Assembly (NCBI RefSeq): GCF_003918875.1 | Contig: NW_025765324.1 | Location: forward strand, 1 to 64,000 | Origin: Haliotis rubra | Lineage: Eukaryota | DNA length: 64,000 nucleotides | Direction of reading: 5' to 3' | Shown: positions 13,379 through 29,555 of the stretch, piece by piece | Layout of the letters: each line of letters begins with the position of its first letter | Numbering within the stretch: position 1 is the stretch's first letter | Position numbers and translations under genes: made by a program | The notes under the pieces: generated by a model | Told to the model about the DNA's origin: nothing | Seen by the model: the letters and a program-made list of their open reading frames with translations, nothing else | Database searches by the model: none

Positions 13379-16132
13379 TTTGAGTATCTGTTCAGTAACA
13401 TAAAAATCATCTTCAAGACAGGAAAACAACATGTTATCATTACTCGTCTGGAGAATTGACTTCACGCCACTCCTAATGAATAATGTTATCATTTGTCATT
13501 TCATATGCATCCACATACTGGAAAATTTACAAGAACGGTAAATATTCCTTACTTATTCGTACTTTGATGAATTGGATCAATGTAAAAGTTGAAAAAGGAG
13601 AGGTGTGCAGCAGAAGAACGAAAACTTCAAAGTATACATGTTTACCACAGGCAAACCTTGACCTGGTACTTACAGTTTGGTGTTAACACGTATCTGTGTC
13701 TTAACAGCAGGTGAAAATAAGAGATGATAGAATACTTTCCCCCTCTCCTATATATATACAATTGTAGGACTATATGTGATTGATTTACCTTGGGCTGGCC
13801 ACTTCCAGGTAAGCAACACACCTTAACGTTAATGATGTAAACTGATCATTCTATTCGCCTCAAAGGTTCTGCCTGAGGTTATCACCCTAAGGCTATACAT
13901 GTGTGTTGGTATAGATGAACGTTCATTTAGGAAGTAGAGGGCGGTATATAATAGGGCGAAGGTGTCTCTTCCTATCTTTCTCTTCTCTCTACGGCATGGT
14001 TTAACTGCATTTAAACAACTTCCAGTTACCCAACGTTTAACCAGTATTAAGCAAATATTAGATAGTAGTTTGGGAGCTGTGTATCCATTACACATGTAAT
14101 GGAGCAATGTAAAATCAGACATTATGATATATGTGCCTGAGACGAAATTACAAAATACGGGGCAATTGAAGCAACGCGCTAGTACAGCGTCGCCACACTA
14201 CAGCAGTATCACTGTGCTACAAGGGGTCACTATGCAAACATCTACGTGTAATACTGCAGCCTGTCCACACGATGACTGCATGCTTACTATACTGCAGAAA
14301 TCCCAATACCCTAATATTCTCCCCGAATGTTAACAATCTCACCACACTGAAACAAAATACTACAATAGCTTTATTTCCCAAATGTTATATACATATACTA
14401 GTGTCTTTTCACCAAGGGCCTGTCACTATCAATTGTCACAGCACGCATTTAGCTGTAAAAAACAAAGCACCGATGTCTTCTGAAAACAGGATTAGGTTTC
14501 CCCTATGACATACAGCATGTTCCCTGGTATTTGTCGACTTTTCTTTGCATGTGTTTCTCACTGGTGTAGCAGAGGGGTTAGGATACACTCACCTCCTTCG
14601 CGAACACTTTGTGTCATCACTATTTGATAGAAAGTCATGCACACTTTCCTAGGATATAGTCACAATCGTACAGTGGACTCTGCCTTTAGTGGATATTCCT
14701 GACAATTACATAAAGGGTTGTGTCGCTTTATTTTACACCTATTTTCTTTGAAGTAACTGTGGATTTCTTAATGATATCGATCTTCTGATGAAACAGAATT
14801 CGCTAATCATAAAGGGAACAATTGTACTGAAACATATACTGCTTATTAGCCAAGACACCAGGTGCTAGCCAACAGTTTGTGGCTGTAAATTCGTTTTTAA
14901 TGTTTCATGACCTTTCCATTCGGTCCTTCTTGTGCCAAATTAAATAGATGTTGTCTTTGGATAATGGCTCAACAATTGCTACAATTCAATGTATATTTAA
15001 TCACTGTTGCAAGTGATTCACTTCAACTTGTTTTAGGCTTCCGGAGAATGTTTGATCATAAACACCAGTAGAAAGAAGAAATAGAAAACTCGCCTCTACC
15101 CTTTACATATGGCCTTTACATCATGAAAACAGTCTTCTGTGTGTTCATAGATAATGTTACTGTTGCGTTAAAATCAATCGTGTCCGATTTGATAAATCTG
15201 TACTTTTGATAGTGCATCCAGATAGAAATACTTCTCCTGTTAATTGCATCAGCGGTATGCAAACGGTTAGATTACATCATGAAATCAAGAAGTAAACTTC
15301 CCATGGAGTGTACAAAATGATTGGTATTGCCATCAACTGTTATCGACTATTCATAGCATGTTCAATAGTAACTTATGATTGTAGACCTTTTCATTTTGTT
15401 TGTGTGATACATAAACCGATAGCATATGCTAATGTAATGAAATTCCAACTGCTACGCAATCCCTTCTAGTATAGGCAGTAAGAATACTACAGCATGTGTT
15501 TGTTATTTATTCTTCAAGACCATGGTATCAATATTTGTTATCACAGAAACTTAGATATTCATCATCCAAAGGACAATGCGTGTTCCGTAAAGAACACTCG
15601 CTCAATTTCTAGGACAGGTTACATACTTGCATTCGAATCGAATACTGTGCACACTAGCTACTATTAGATGACTTACTGCACCCCAACACGGAAATATGAC
15701 TCAACTCCGGATATTTTCGGATTTCACTATGACATCATCAAGACCCTTCGTGGCAGCACAAATGGTATATTCGCATGAGACATGGAACCAAGTAAGAGAT
15801 AGCCTGTATGAAATATGTCAAGCCTAAAATCCCTCCTCTCATATTCAATCTGATTTCGTCAGGACATTCTAAGCATATTTCATTAGTTGACACCACTGCT
15901 GGAAGCAAAACTGATTACCAGTTAAGTGTTTGGATATCGTTGAATAACACATATATCCAGAGTTAATAATATGGAGACATATAGTAACTCGTCCATTTTG
16001 TAAACATTGAATTCAGCTTTAAGATTCTCAAACAAAGCACAAATCGTTTGTATTTCAAGTTTTATTGAACCAATTGTATTGTCATGAGTATACAAAATAA
16101 ATAGTCTTCTTCACACTGCAGGTGACAGTAAC

Positions 16133-16730
16133 TCAGTAGTAGCCGATTCCTGAAACAGAAAAAATAGTTACATATAAAATTGGGATTTATGGAAAAGTAA
16201 CATGGAAATGTTGAAACTGCTTGCACCATAAACTATACCAAGCATTTCAAACAGCTGACAACAGTTTTACAGATGTTTATCAACTGACAACAGCTTATTT
16301 GCATAAAATAGTACTAATAAATACATGGGTACATGATATCATTTTATAAAAGTGAAGTTTAAAATGGGATAACAGAAGAAAGAATGACAGCATGTGTTGT
16401 GAAATACCTTTTCCTAGTCCGATTCCGTAGCCTGCCATTCCGTAGAGACCACCAAGTCCTCCAAGTCCTCCAAGTCCTCCAAGTCCTCCATACAGACCTC
16501 CCATGCCGTATCCGTATTTGCCTCCGTACAGACCGCCCATTCCTCCGTACAGACCGCCATAGCCTCCGTAAAGACCTCCCCTGCATTCCACCTATTCCGT
16601 AGCCTATTCCGCCCATTCCGCCCATTCCTCCATACAACCCAGCCATTCCATATGCTCCATACAGACCGGTTGGCTCAGCAAAGGCGGTAACAGCCAGGCA
16701 GGCAACAAGGACGACGACTATTTTCATCAT
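16133..16730 (-). pseudogene. Gly/Tyr-rich secreted protein, copy 5; +1 C frameshift at ~16580 (possibly homopolymer error)
   Basis: GACCTCCCCTGC versus GACCTCCCTGC; the frame shifts after MQG. Confidence 0.75.
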
Positions 16731-19484
16731 TTTGAGTATCTGTTCAGTAACATAAAAATCATCTTCAAGACAGGAAAACAACATGTTATCATTACTCGTC
16801 TGGAGAATTGACTTCACGCCACTCCTAATGAATAATGTTATCATTTGTCATTTCATATGCATCCACATACTGGAAAATTTACAAGAACGGTAAATATTCC
16901 TTACTTATTCGTACTTTGATGAATTGGATCAATGTAAAAGTTGAAAAAGGAGAGGTGTGCAGCAGAAGAACGAAAACTTCAAAGTATACATGTTTACCAC
17001 AGGCAAACCTTGACCTGGTACTTACAGTTTGGTGTTAACACGTATCTGTGTCTTAACAGCAGGTGAAAATAAGAGATGATAGAATACTTTCCCCCTCTCC
17101 TATATATATACAATTGGTGGACTATATGTGATTGATTTACCTTGGGCTGGCCACTTCCAGGTAAGCAACACACCTTAACGTTAATGATGTAAACTGATCA
17201 TTCTATTCGCCTCAAAGGTTCTGCCTGAGGTTATCACCCTAAGGCTATACATGTGTGTTGGTATAGATGAACGTTCATTTAGGAAGTAGAGGGCGGTATA
17301 TAATAGGGCGAAGGTGTCTCTTCCTATCTTTCTCTTCTCTCTACGGCATGGTTTAACTGCATTTAAACAACTTCCAGTTACCCAACGTTTAACCAGTATT
17401 AAGCAAATATTAGATAGTAGTTTGGGAGCTGTGTATCCATTACACATGTAATGGAGCAATGTAAAATCAGACATTATGATATATGTGCCTGAGACGAAAT
17501 TACAAAATACGGGGCAATTGAAGCAACGCGCTAGTACAGCGTCGCCACACTACAGCAGTATCACTGTGCTACAAGGGGTCACTATGCAAACATCTACGTG
17601 TAATACTGCAGCCTGTCCACACGATGACTGCATGCTTACTATACTGCAGAAATCCCAATACCCTAATATTCTCCCCGAATGTTAACAATCTCACCACACT
17701 GAAACAAAATACTACAATAGCTTTATTTCCCAAATGTTATATACATATACTAGTGTCTTTTCACCAAGGGCCTGTCACTATCAATTGTCACAGCACGCAT
17801 TTAGCTGTAAAAAACAAAGCACCGATGTCTTCTGAAAACAGGATTAGGTTTCCCCCTATGACATACAGCATGTTCCCTGGTATTTGTCGACTTTTCTTTG
17901 CATGTGTTTCTCACTGGTGTAGCAGAGGGGTTAGGATACACTCACCTCCTTCGCGAACACTTTGTGTCATCACTATTTGATAGAAAGTCATGCACACTTT
18001 CCTAGGATATAGTCACAATCGTACAGTGGACTCTGCCTTTAGTGGATATTCCTGACAATTACATAAAGGGTTGTGTCGCTTTATTTTACACCTATTTTCT
18101 TTGAAGTAACTGTGGATTTCTTAATGATATCGATCTTCTGATGAAACAGAATTCGCTAATCATAAAGGGAACAATTGTACTGAAACATACTGCTTATTAG
18201 CCAAGACACCAGGTGCTAGCCAACAGTTTGTGGCTGTAAATTCGTTTTTAATGTTTCATGACCTTTCCATTCGGTCCTTCTTGTGCCAAATTAAATAGAT
18301 GTTGTCTTTGGATAATGGCTCAACAATTGCTACAATTCAATGTATATTTAATCACTGTTGCAAGTGATTCACTTCAACTTGTTTTAGGCTTCCGGAGAAT
18401 GTTTGATCATAAACACCAGTAGAAAGAAGAAATAGAAAACTCGCCTCTACCCTTTACATATGGCCTTTACATCATGAAAACAGTCTTCTGTGTGTTCATA
18501 GATAATGTTACTGTTGCGTTAAAATCAATCGTGTCCGATTTGATAAATCTGTACTTTTTGATAGTGCATCCAGATAGAAATACTTCTCCTGTTAATTGCA
18601 TCAGCGGTATGCAAACGGTTAGATTACATCATGAAATCAAGAAGTAAACTTCCCATGGAGTGTACAAAATGATTGGTATTGTCATCAACTGTTATCGACT
18701 ATTCATAGCATGTTCAATAGTAACTTATGATTGTAGACCTTTTCATTTTGTTTGTGTGATACATAAACCGATAGCATATGCTAATGTAATGAAATTCCAA
18801 CTGCTACGCAATCCCTTCTAGTATAGGCAGTAAGAATACTACAGCATGTGTTTGTTATTTATTCTTCAAGACCATGGTATCAATATTTGTTATCACAGAA
18901 ACTTAGATATTCATCATCCAAAGGACAATGCGTGTTCCGTAAAGAACACTCGCTCAATTTCTAGGACAGGTTACATACTTGCATTCGAATCGAATACTGT
19001 GCACACTAGCTACTATTAGATGACTTACTGCACCCCAACACGGAAATATGACTCAACTCCGGATATTTTCGGATTTCACTATGACATCATCAAGACCCTT
19101 CGTGGCAGCACAAATGGTATATTCGCATGAGACATGGAACCAAGTAAGAGATAGCCTGTATGAAATATGTCAAGCCTAAAATCCCTCCTCTCATATTCAA
19201 TCTGATTTCGTCAGGACATTCTAAGCATATTTCATTAGTTGACACCACTGCTGGAAGCAAAACTGATTACCAGTTAAGTGTTTGGATATCGTTGAATAAC
19301 ACATATATCCAGAGTTAATAATATGGAGACATATAGTAACTCGTCCATTTTGTAAACATTGAATTCAGCTTTAAGATTCTCAAACAAAGCACAAATCGTT
19401 TGTATTTCAAGTTTTATTGAACCAATTGTATTGTCATGAGTATACAAAATAAATAGTCTTCTTCACACTGCAGGTGACAGTAAC

Positions 19485-20081
19485 TCAGTAGTAGCCGATT
19501 CCTGAAACAGAAAAAATAGTTACATATAAAATTGGGATTTATGGAAAAGTAACATGGAAATGTTGAAACTGCTTGCACCATAAACTATACCAAGCATTTC
19601 AAACAGCTGACAACAGTTTTACAGATGTTTATCAACTGACAACAGCTTATTTGCATAAAATAGTACTAATAAATACATGGGTACATGATATCATTTTATA
19701 AAAGTGAAGTTTAAAATGGGATAACAGAAGAAAGAATGACAGCATGTGTTGTGAAATACCTTTTCCTAGTCCGATTCCGTAGCCTGCCATTCCGTAGAGA
19801 CCACCATGGCCTCCAAGTCCTCCAAGTCCTCCAAGTCCTCCATACAGACCTCCCATGCCGTATCCGTATTTGCCTCCGTACAGACCGCCCATTCCTCCGT
19901 ACAGACCGCCATAGCCTCCGTAAAGACCTCCCTGCATTCCACCTATTCCGTAGCCTATTCCGCCCATTCCGCCCATTCCTCCATACAACCCAGCCATTCC
20001 ATATGCTCCATACAGACCGGTTGGCTCAGCAAAGGCGGTAACAGCCAGGCAGGCAACAAGGACGACGACTATTTTCATCAT
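19485..20081 (-). CDS. Secreted Gly/Tyr/Met-rich protein, copy 6 (112 aa)
   Basis: Intact; translation same as copy 2. Confidence 0.9.
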
Positions 20082-22837
20082 TTTGAGTATCTGTTCAGTA
20101 ACATAAAAATCATCTTCAAGACAGGAAAACAACATGTTATCATTACTCGTCTGGAGAATTGACTTCACGCCACTCCTAATGAATAATGTTATCATTTGTC
20201 ATTTCATATGCATCCACATACTGGAAAATTTACAAGAACGGTAAATATTCCTTACTTATTCGTACTTTGATGAATTGGATCAATGTAAAAGTTGAAAAAG
20301 GAGAGGTGTGCAGCAGAAGAACGAAAACTTCAAAGTATACATGTTTACCACAGGCAAACCTTGACCTGGTACTTACAGTTTGGTGTTAACACGTATCTGT
20401 GTCTTAACAGCAGGTGAAAATAAGAGATGATAGAATACTTTCCCCCTCTCCTATATATATACAATTGGTGGACTATATGTGATTGATTTACCTTGGGCTG
20501 GCCACTTCCAGGTAAGCAACACACCTTAACGTTAATGATGTAAACTGATCATTCTATTCGCCTCAAAGGTTCTGCCTGAGGTTATCACCCTAAGGCTATA
20601 CATGTGTGTTGGTATAGATGAACGTTCATTTAGGAAGTAGAGGGCGGTATATAATAGGGCGAAGGTGTCTCTTCCTATCTTTCTCTTCTCTCTACGGCAT
20701 GGTTTAACTGCATTTAAACAACTTCCAGTTACCCAACGTTTAACCAGTATTAAGCAAATATTAGATAGTAGTTTGGGAGCTGTGTATCCATTACACATGT
20801 AATGGAGCAATGTAAAATCAGACATTATGATATATGTGCCTGAGACGAAATTACAAAATACGGGGCAATTGAAGCAACGCGCTAGTACAGCGTCGCCACA
20901 CTACAGCAGTATCACTGTGCTACAAGGGGTCACTATGCAAACATCTACGTGTAATACTGCAGCCTGTCCACACGATGACTGCATGCTTACTATACTGCAG
21001 AAATCCCAATACCCTAATATTCTCCCCGAATGTTAACAATCTCACCACACTGAAACAAAATACTACAATAGCTTTATTTCCCAAATGTTATATACATATA
21101 CTAGTGTCTTTTCACCAAGGGCCTGTCACTATCAATTGTCACAGCACGCATTTAGCTGTAAAAAAACAAAGCACCGATGTCTTCTGAAAACAGGATTAGG
21201 TTTCCCCTATGACATACAGCATGTTCCCTGGTATTTGTCGACTTTTCTTTGCATGTGTTTCTCACTGGTGTAGCAGAGGGGTTAGGATACACTCACCTCC
21301 TTCGCGAACACTTTGTGTCATCACTATTTGATAGAAAGTCATGCACACTTTCCTAGGATATAGTCACAATCGTACAGTGGACTCTGCCTTTAGTGGATAT
21401 TCCTGACAATTACATAAAGGGTTGTGTCGCTTTATTTTACACCTATTTTCTTTGAAGTAACTGTGGATTTCTTAATGATATCGATCTTCTGATGAAACAG
21501 AATTCGCTAATCATAAAGGGAACAATTGTACTGAAACATATACTGCTTATTAGCCAAGACACCAGGTGCTAGCCAACAGTTTGTGGCTGTAAATTCTTTT
21601 TTAATGTTTCATGACCTTTCCATTCGGTCCTTCTTGTGCCAAATTAAATAGATGTTGTCTTTGGATAATGGCTCAACAATTGCTACAATTCAATGTATAT
21701 TTAATCACTGTTGCAAGTGATTCACTTCAACTTGTTTTAGGCTTCCGGAGAATGTTTGATCATAAACACCAGTAGAAAGAAGAAATAGAAAACTCGCCTC
21801 TACCCTTTACATATGGCCTTTACATCATGAAAACAGTCTTCTGTGTGTTCATAGATAATGTTACTGTTGCGTTAAAATCAATCGTGTCCGATTTGATAAA
21901 TCTGTACTTTTTGATAGTGCATCCAGATAGAAATACTTCTCCTGTTAATTGCATCAGCGGTATGCAAACGGTTAGATTACATCATGAAATCAAGAAGTAA
22001 ACTTCCCATGGAGTGTACAAAATGATTGGTATTGCCATCAACTGTTATCGACTATTCATAGCATGTTCAATAGTAACTTATGATTGTAGACCTTTTCATT
22101 TTGTTTGTGTGATACATAAACCGATAGCATATGCTAATGTAATGAAATTCCAACTGCTACGCAATCCCTTCTAGTATAGGCAGTAAGAATACTACAGCAT
22201 GTGTTTGTTATTTATTCTTCAAGACCATGGTATCAATATTTGTTATCACAGAAACTTAGATATTCATCATCCAAAGGACAATGCGTGTTCCGTAAAGAAC
22301 ACTCGCTCAATTTCTAGGACAGGTTACATACTTGCATTCGAATCGAATACTGTGCACACTAGCTACTATTAGATGACTTACTGCACCCCAACACGGAAAT
22401 ATGACTCAACTCCGGATATTTTCGGATTTCACTATGACATCATCAAGACCCTTCGTGGCAGCACAAATGGTATATTCGCATGAGACATGGAACCAAGTAA
22501 GAGATAGCCTGTATGAAATATGTCAAGCCTAAAATCCCTCCTCTCATATTCAATCTGATTTCGTCAGGACATTCTAAGCATATTTCATTAGTTGACACCA
22601 CTGCTGGAAGCAAAACTGATTACCAGTTAAGTGTTTGGATATCGTTGAATAACACATATATCCAGAGTTAATAATATGGAGACATATAGTAACTCGTCCA
22701 TTTTGTAAACATTGAATTCAGCTTTAAGATTCTCAAACAAAGCACAAATCGTTTGTATTTCAAGTTTTATTGAACCAATTGTATTGTCATGAGTATACAA
22801 AATAAATAGTCTTCTTCACACTGCAGGTGACAGTAAC

Positions 22838-23443
22838 TCAGTAGTAGCCGATTCCTGAAACAGAAAAAATAGTTACATATAAAATTGGGATTTATGGAAA
22901 AGTAACATGGAAATGTTGAAACTGCTTGCACCATAAACTATACCAAGCATTTCAAACAGCTGACAACAGTTTTACAGATGTTTATCAACTGACAACAGCT
23001 TATTTGCATAAAATAGTACTAATAAATACATGGGTACATGATATCATTTTATAAAAGTGAAGTTTAAAATGGGATAACAGAAGAAAGAATGACAGCATGT
23101 GTTGTGAAATACCTTTTCCTAGTCCGATTCCGTAGCCTGCCATTCCGTAGAGACCACCATGGCCTCCAAGTCCTCCAAGTCCTCCAAGTCCTCCATACAG
23201 ACCTCCCATGCCGTATCCGTATTTGCCTCCGTACAGACCGCCCATTCCTCCGTACAGACCGCCATAGCCTCCGTAAAGACCTCCCTGCATTCCACCTATT
23301 CCGTAGCCTATTCCGCCCATTCCGCCCATTCCGCCCATTCCTCCATACAACCCAGCCATTCCATATGCTCCATACAGACCGGTTGGCTCAGCAAAGGCGG
23401 TAACAGCCAGGCAGGCAACAAGGACGACGACTATTTTCATCAT
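22838..23443 (-). CDS. Secreted Gly/Tyr/Met-rich protein, copy 7 (115 aa; GGMx3)
   Basis: Intact; one extra 9-bp GGM repeat. Confidence 0.9.
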
Positions 23444-26195
23444 TTTGAGTATCTGTTCAGTAACATAAAAATCATCTTCAAGACAGGAAAACAACATGTT
23501 ATCATTACTCGTCTGGAGAATTGACTTCACGCCACTCCTAATGAATAATGTTATCATTTGTCATTTCATATGCATCCACATACTGGAAAATTTACAAGAA
23601 CGGTAAATATTCCTTACTTATTCGTACTTTGATGAATTGGATCAATGTAAAAGTTGAAAAAGGAGAGGTGTGCAGCAGAAGAACGAAAACTTCAAAGTAT
23701 ACATGTTTACCACAGGCAAACCTTGACCTGGTACTTACAGTTTGGTGTTAACACGTATCTGTGTCTTAACAGCAGGTGAAAATAAGAGATGATAGAATAC
23801 TTTCCCCTCTCCTATATATATACAATTGGTGGACTATATGTGATTGATTTACCTTGGGCTGGCCACTTCCAGGTAAGCAACACACCTTAACGTTAATGAT
23901 GTAAACTGATCATTCTATTCGCCTCAAAGGTTCTGCCTGAGGTTATCACCCTAAGGCTATACATGTGTGTTGGTATAGATGAACGTTCATTTAGGAAGTA
24001 GAGGGCGGTATATAATAGGGCGAAGGTGTCTCTTCCTATCTTTCTCTTCTCTCTACGGCATGGTTTAACTGCATTTAAACAACTTCCAGTTACCCAACGT
24101 TTAACCAGTATTAAGCAAATATTAGATAGTAGTTTGGGAGCTGTGTATCCATTACACATGTAATGGAGCAATGTAAAATCAGACATTATGATATATGTGC
24201 CTGAGACGAAATTACAAAATACGGGGCAATTGAAGCAACGCGCTAGTACAGCGTCGCCACACTACAGCAGTATCACTGTGCTACAAGGGGTCACTATGCA
24301 AACATCTACGTGTAATACTGCAGCCTGTCCACACGATGACTGCATGCTTACTATACTGCAGAAATCCCAATACCCTAATATTCTCCCCGAATGTTAACAA
24401 TCTCACCACACTGAAACAAAATACTACAATAGCTTTATTTCCCAAATGTTATATACATATACTAGTGTCTTTTCACCAAGGGCCTGTCACTATCAATTGT
24501 CACAGCACGCATTTAGCTGTGTAAAACAAAGCACCGATGTCTTCTGAAAACAGGATTAGGTTTCCCCTATGACATACAGCATGTTCCCTGGTATTTGTCG
24601 ACTTTTCTTTGCATGTGTTTCTCACTGGTGTAGCAGAGGGGTTAGGATACACTCACCTCCTTCGCGAACACTTTGTGTCATCACTATTTGATAGAAAGTC
24701 ATGCACACTTTCCTAGGATATAGTCACAATCGTACAGTGGACTCTGCCTTTAGTGGATATTCCTGACAATTACATAAAGGGTTGTGTCGCTTTATTTTAC
24801 ACCTATTTTCTTTGAAGTAACTGTGGATTTCTTAATGATATCGATCTTCTGATGAAACAGAATTCGCTAATCATAAAGGGAACAATTGTACTGAAACATA
24901 TACTGCTTATTAGCCAAGACACCAGGTGCTAGCCAACAGTTTGTGGCTGTAAATTCGTTTTAATGTTTCATGACCTTTCCATTCGGTCCTTCTTGTGCCA
25001 AATTAAATAGATGTTGTCTTTGGATAATGGCTCAACAATTGCTACAATTCAATGTATATTTAATCACTGTTGCAAGTGATTCACTTCAACTTGTTTTAGG
25101 CTTCCGGAGAATGTTTGATCATAAACACCAGTAGAAAGAAGAAATAGAAAACTCGCCTCTACCCTTTACATATGGCCTTTACATCATGAAAACAGTCTTC
25201 TGTGTGTTCATAGATAATGTTACTGTTGCGTTAAAATCAATCGTGTCCGATTTGATAAATCTGTACTTTTGATAGTGCATCCAGATAGAAATACTTCTCC
25301 TGTTAATTGCATCAGCGGTATGCAAACGGTTAGATTACATCATGAAATCAAGAAGTAAACTTCCCATGGAGTGTACAAAATGATTGGTATTGCCATCAAC
25401 TGTTATCGACTATTCATAGCATGTTCAATAGTAACTTATGATTGTAGACCTTTTCATTTTGTTTGTGTGATACATAAACCGATAGCATATGCTAATGTAA
25501 TGAAATTCCAACTGCTACGCAATCCCTTCTAGTATAGGCAGTAAGAATACTACAGCATGTGTTTGTTATTTATTCTTCAAGACCATGGTATCAATATTTG
25601 TTATCACAGAAACTTAGATATTCATCATCCAAAGGACAATGCGTGTTCCGTAAAGAACACTCGCTCAATTTCTAGGACAGGTTACATACTTGCATTCGAA
25701 TCGAATACTGTGCACACTAGCTACTATTAGATGACTTACTGCACCCCAACACGGAAATATGACTCAACTCCGGATATTTTCGGATTTCACTATGACATCA
25801 TCAAGACCCTTCGTGGCAGCACAAATGGTATATTCGCATGAGACATGGAACCAAGTAAGAGATAGCCTGTATGAAATATGTCAAGCCTAAAATCCCTCCT
25901 CTCATATTCAATCTGATTTCGTCAGGACATTCTAAGCATATTTCATTAGTTGACACCACTGCTGGAAGCAAAACTGATTACCAGTTAAGTGTTTGGATAT
26001 CGTTGAATAACACATATATCCAGAGTTAATAATATGGAGACATATAGTAACTCGTCCATTTTGTAAACATTGAATTCAGCTTTAAGATTCTCAAACAAAG
26101 CACAAATCGTTTGTATTTCAAGTTTTATTGAACCAATTGTATTGTCATGAGTATACAAAATAAATAGTCTTCTTCACACTGCAGGTGACAGTAAC

Positions 26196-26801
26196 TCAGT
26201 AGTAGCCGATTCCTGAAACAGAAAAAATAGTTACATATAAAATTGGGATTTATGGAAAAGTAACATGGAAATGTTGAAACTGCTTGCACCATAAACTATA
26301 CCAAGCATTTCAAACAGCTGACAACAGTTTTACAGATGTTTATCAACTGACAACAGCTTATTTGCATAAAATAGTACTAATAAATACATGGGTACATGAT
26401 ATCATTTTATAAAAGTGAAGTTTAAAATGGGATAACAGAAGAAAGAATGACAGCATGTGTTGTGAAATACCTTTTCCTAGTCCGATTCCGTAGCCTGCCA
26501 TTCCGTAGAGACCACCATGGCCTCCAAGTCCTCCAAGTCCTCCAAGTCCTCCATACAGACCTCCCATGCCGTATCCGTATTTGCCTCCGTACAGACCGCC
26601 CATTCCTCCGTACAGACCGCCATAGCCTCCGTAAAGACCTCCCTGCATTCCACCTATTCCGTAGCCTATTCCGCCCATTCCGCCCATTCCGCCCATTCCT
26701 CCATACAACCCAGCCATTCCATATGCTCCATACAGACCGGTTGGCTCAGCAAAGGCGGTAACAGCCAGGCAGGCAACAAGGACGACGACTATTTTCATCA
26801 T
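26196..26801 (-). CDS. Secreted Gly/Tyr/Met-rich protein, copy 8 (115 aa; GGMx3)
   Basis: Intact; translation same as copy 7. Confidence 0.9.
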
Positions 26802-29555
26802 TTTGAGTATCTGTTCAGTAACATAAAAATCATCTTCAAGACAGGAAAACAACATGTTATCATTACTCGTCTGGAGAATTGACTTCACGCCACTCCTAAT
26901 GAATAATGTTATCATTTGTCATTTCATATGCATCCACATACTGGAAAATTTACAAGAACGGTAAATATTCCTTACTTATTCGTACTTTGATGAATTGGAT
27001 CAATGTAAAAGTTGAAAAAGGAGAGGTGTGCAGCAGAAGAACGAAAACTTCAAAGTATACATGTTTACCACAGGCAAACCTTGACCTGGTACTTACAGTT
27101 TGGTGTTAACACGTATCTGTGTCTTAACAGCAGGTGAAAATAAGAGATGATAGAATACTTTCCCCTCTCCTATATATATACAATTGGTGGACTATATGTG
27201 ATTGATTTACCTTGGGCTGGCCACTTCCAGGTAAGCAACACACCTTAACGTTAATGATGTAAACTGATCATTCTATTCGCCTCAAAGGTTCTGCCTGAGG
27301 TTATCACCCTAAGGCTATACATGTGTGTTGGTATAGATGAACGTTCATTTAGGAAGTAGAGGGCGGTATATAATAGGGCGAAGGTGTCTCTTCCTATCTT
27401 TCTCTCTCTCTACGGCATGGTTTAACTGCATTTAAACAACTTCCAGTTACCCAACGTTTAACCAGTATTAAGCAAATATTAGATAGTAGTTTGGGAGCTG
27501 TGTATCCATTACACATGTAATGGAGCAATGTAAAATCAGACATTATGATATATGTGCCTGAGACGAAATTACAAAATACGGGGCAATTGAAGCAACGCGC
27601 TAGTACAGCGTCGCCACACTACAGCAGTATCACTGTGCTACAAGGGGTCACTATGCAAACATCTACGTGTAATACTGCAGCCTGTCCACACGATGACTGC
27701 ATGCTTACTATACTGCAGAAATCCCAATACCCTAATATTCTCCCCGAATGTTAACAATCTCACCACACTGAAACAAAATACTACAATAGCTTTATTTCCC
27801 AAATGTTATATACATATACTAGTGTCTTTTCACCAAGGGCCTGTCACTATCAATTGTCACAGCACGCATTTAGCTGTAAAAAAACAAAGCACCGATGTCT
27901 TCTGAAAACAGGATTAGGTTTCCCCTATGACATACAGCATGTTCCCTGGTATTTGTCGACTTTTCTTTGCATGTGTTTCTCACTGGTGTAGCAGAGGGGT
28001 TAGGATACACTCACCTCCTTCGCGAACACTTTGTGTCATCACTATTTGATAGAAAGTCATGCACACTTTCCTAGGATATAGTCACAATCGTACAGTGGAC
28101 TCTGCCTTTAGTGGATATTCCTGACAATTACATAAAGGGTTGTGTCGCTTTATTTTACACCTATTTTCTTTGAAGTAACTGTGGATTTCTTAATGATATC
28201 GATCTTCTGATGAAACAGAATTCGCTAATCATAAAGGGAACAATTGTACTGAAACATATACTGCTTATTAGCCAAGACACCAGGTGCTAGCCAACAGTTT
28301 GTGGCTGTAAATTCTTTTTTAATGTTTCATGACCTTTCCATTCGGTCCTTCTTGTGCCAAATTAAATAGATGTTGTCTTTGGATAATGGCTCAACAATTG
28401 CTACAATTCAATGTATATTTAATCACTGTTGCAAGTGATTCACTTCAACTTGTTTTAGGCTTCCGGAGAATGTTTGATCATAAACACCAGTAGAAAGAAG
28501 AAATAGAAAACTCGCCTCTACCCTTTACATATGGCCTTTACATCATGAAAACAGTCTTCTGTGTGTTCATAGATAATGTTACTGTTGCGTTAAAATCAAT
28601 CGTGTCCGATTTGATAAATCTGTACTTTTTGATAGTGCATCCAGATAGAAATACTTCTCCTGTTAATTGCATCAGCGGTATGCAAACGGTTAGATTACAT
28701 CATGAAATCAAGAAGTAAACTTCCCATGGAGTGTACAAAATGATTGGTATTGCCATCAACTGTTATCGACTATTCATAGCATGTTCAATAGTAACTTATG
28801 ATTGTAGACCTTTTCATTTTGTTTGTGTGATACATAAACCGATAGCATATGCTAATGTAATGAAATTCCAACTGCTACGCAATCCCTTCTAGTATAGGCA
28901 GTAAGAATACTACAGCATGTGTTTGTTATTTATTCTTCAAGACCATGGTATCAATATTTGTTATCACAGAAACTTAGATATTCATCATCCAAAGGACAAT
29001 GCGTGTTCCGTAAAGAACACTCGCTCAATTTCTAGGACAGGTTACATACTTGCATTCGAATCGAATACTGTGCACACTAGCTACTATTAGATGACTTACT
29101 GCACCCCAACACGGAAATATGACTCAACTCCGGATATTTTCGGATTTCACTATGACATCATCAAGACCCTTCGTGGCAGCACAAATGGTATATTCGCATG
29201 AGACATGGAACCAAGTAAGAGATAGCCTGTATGAAATATGTCAAGCCTAAAATCCCTCCTCTCATATTCAATCTGATTTCGTCAGGACATTCTAAGCATA
29301 TTTCATTAGTTGACACCACTGCTGGAAGCAAAACTGATTACCAGTTAAGTGTTTGGATATCGTTGAATAACACATATATCCAGAGTTAATAATATGGAGA
29401 CATATAGTAACTCGTCCATTTTGTAAACATTGAATTCAGCTTTAAGATTCTCAAACAAAGCACAAATCGTTTGTATTTCAAGTTTTATTGAACCAATTGT
29501 ATTGTCATGAGTATACAAAATAAATAGTCTTCTTCACACTGCAGGTGACAGTAAC

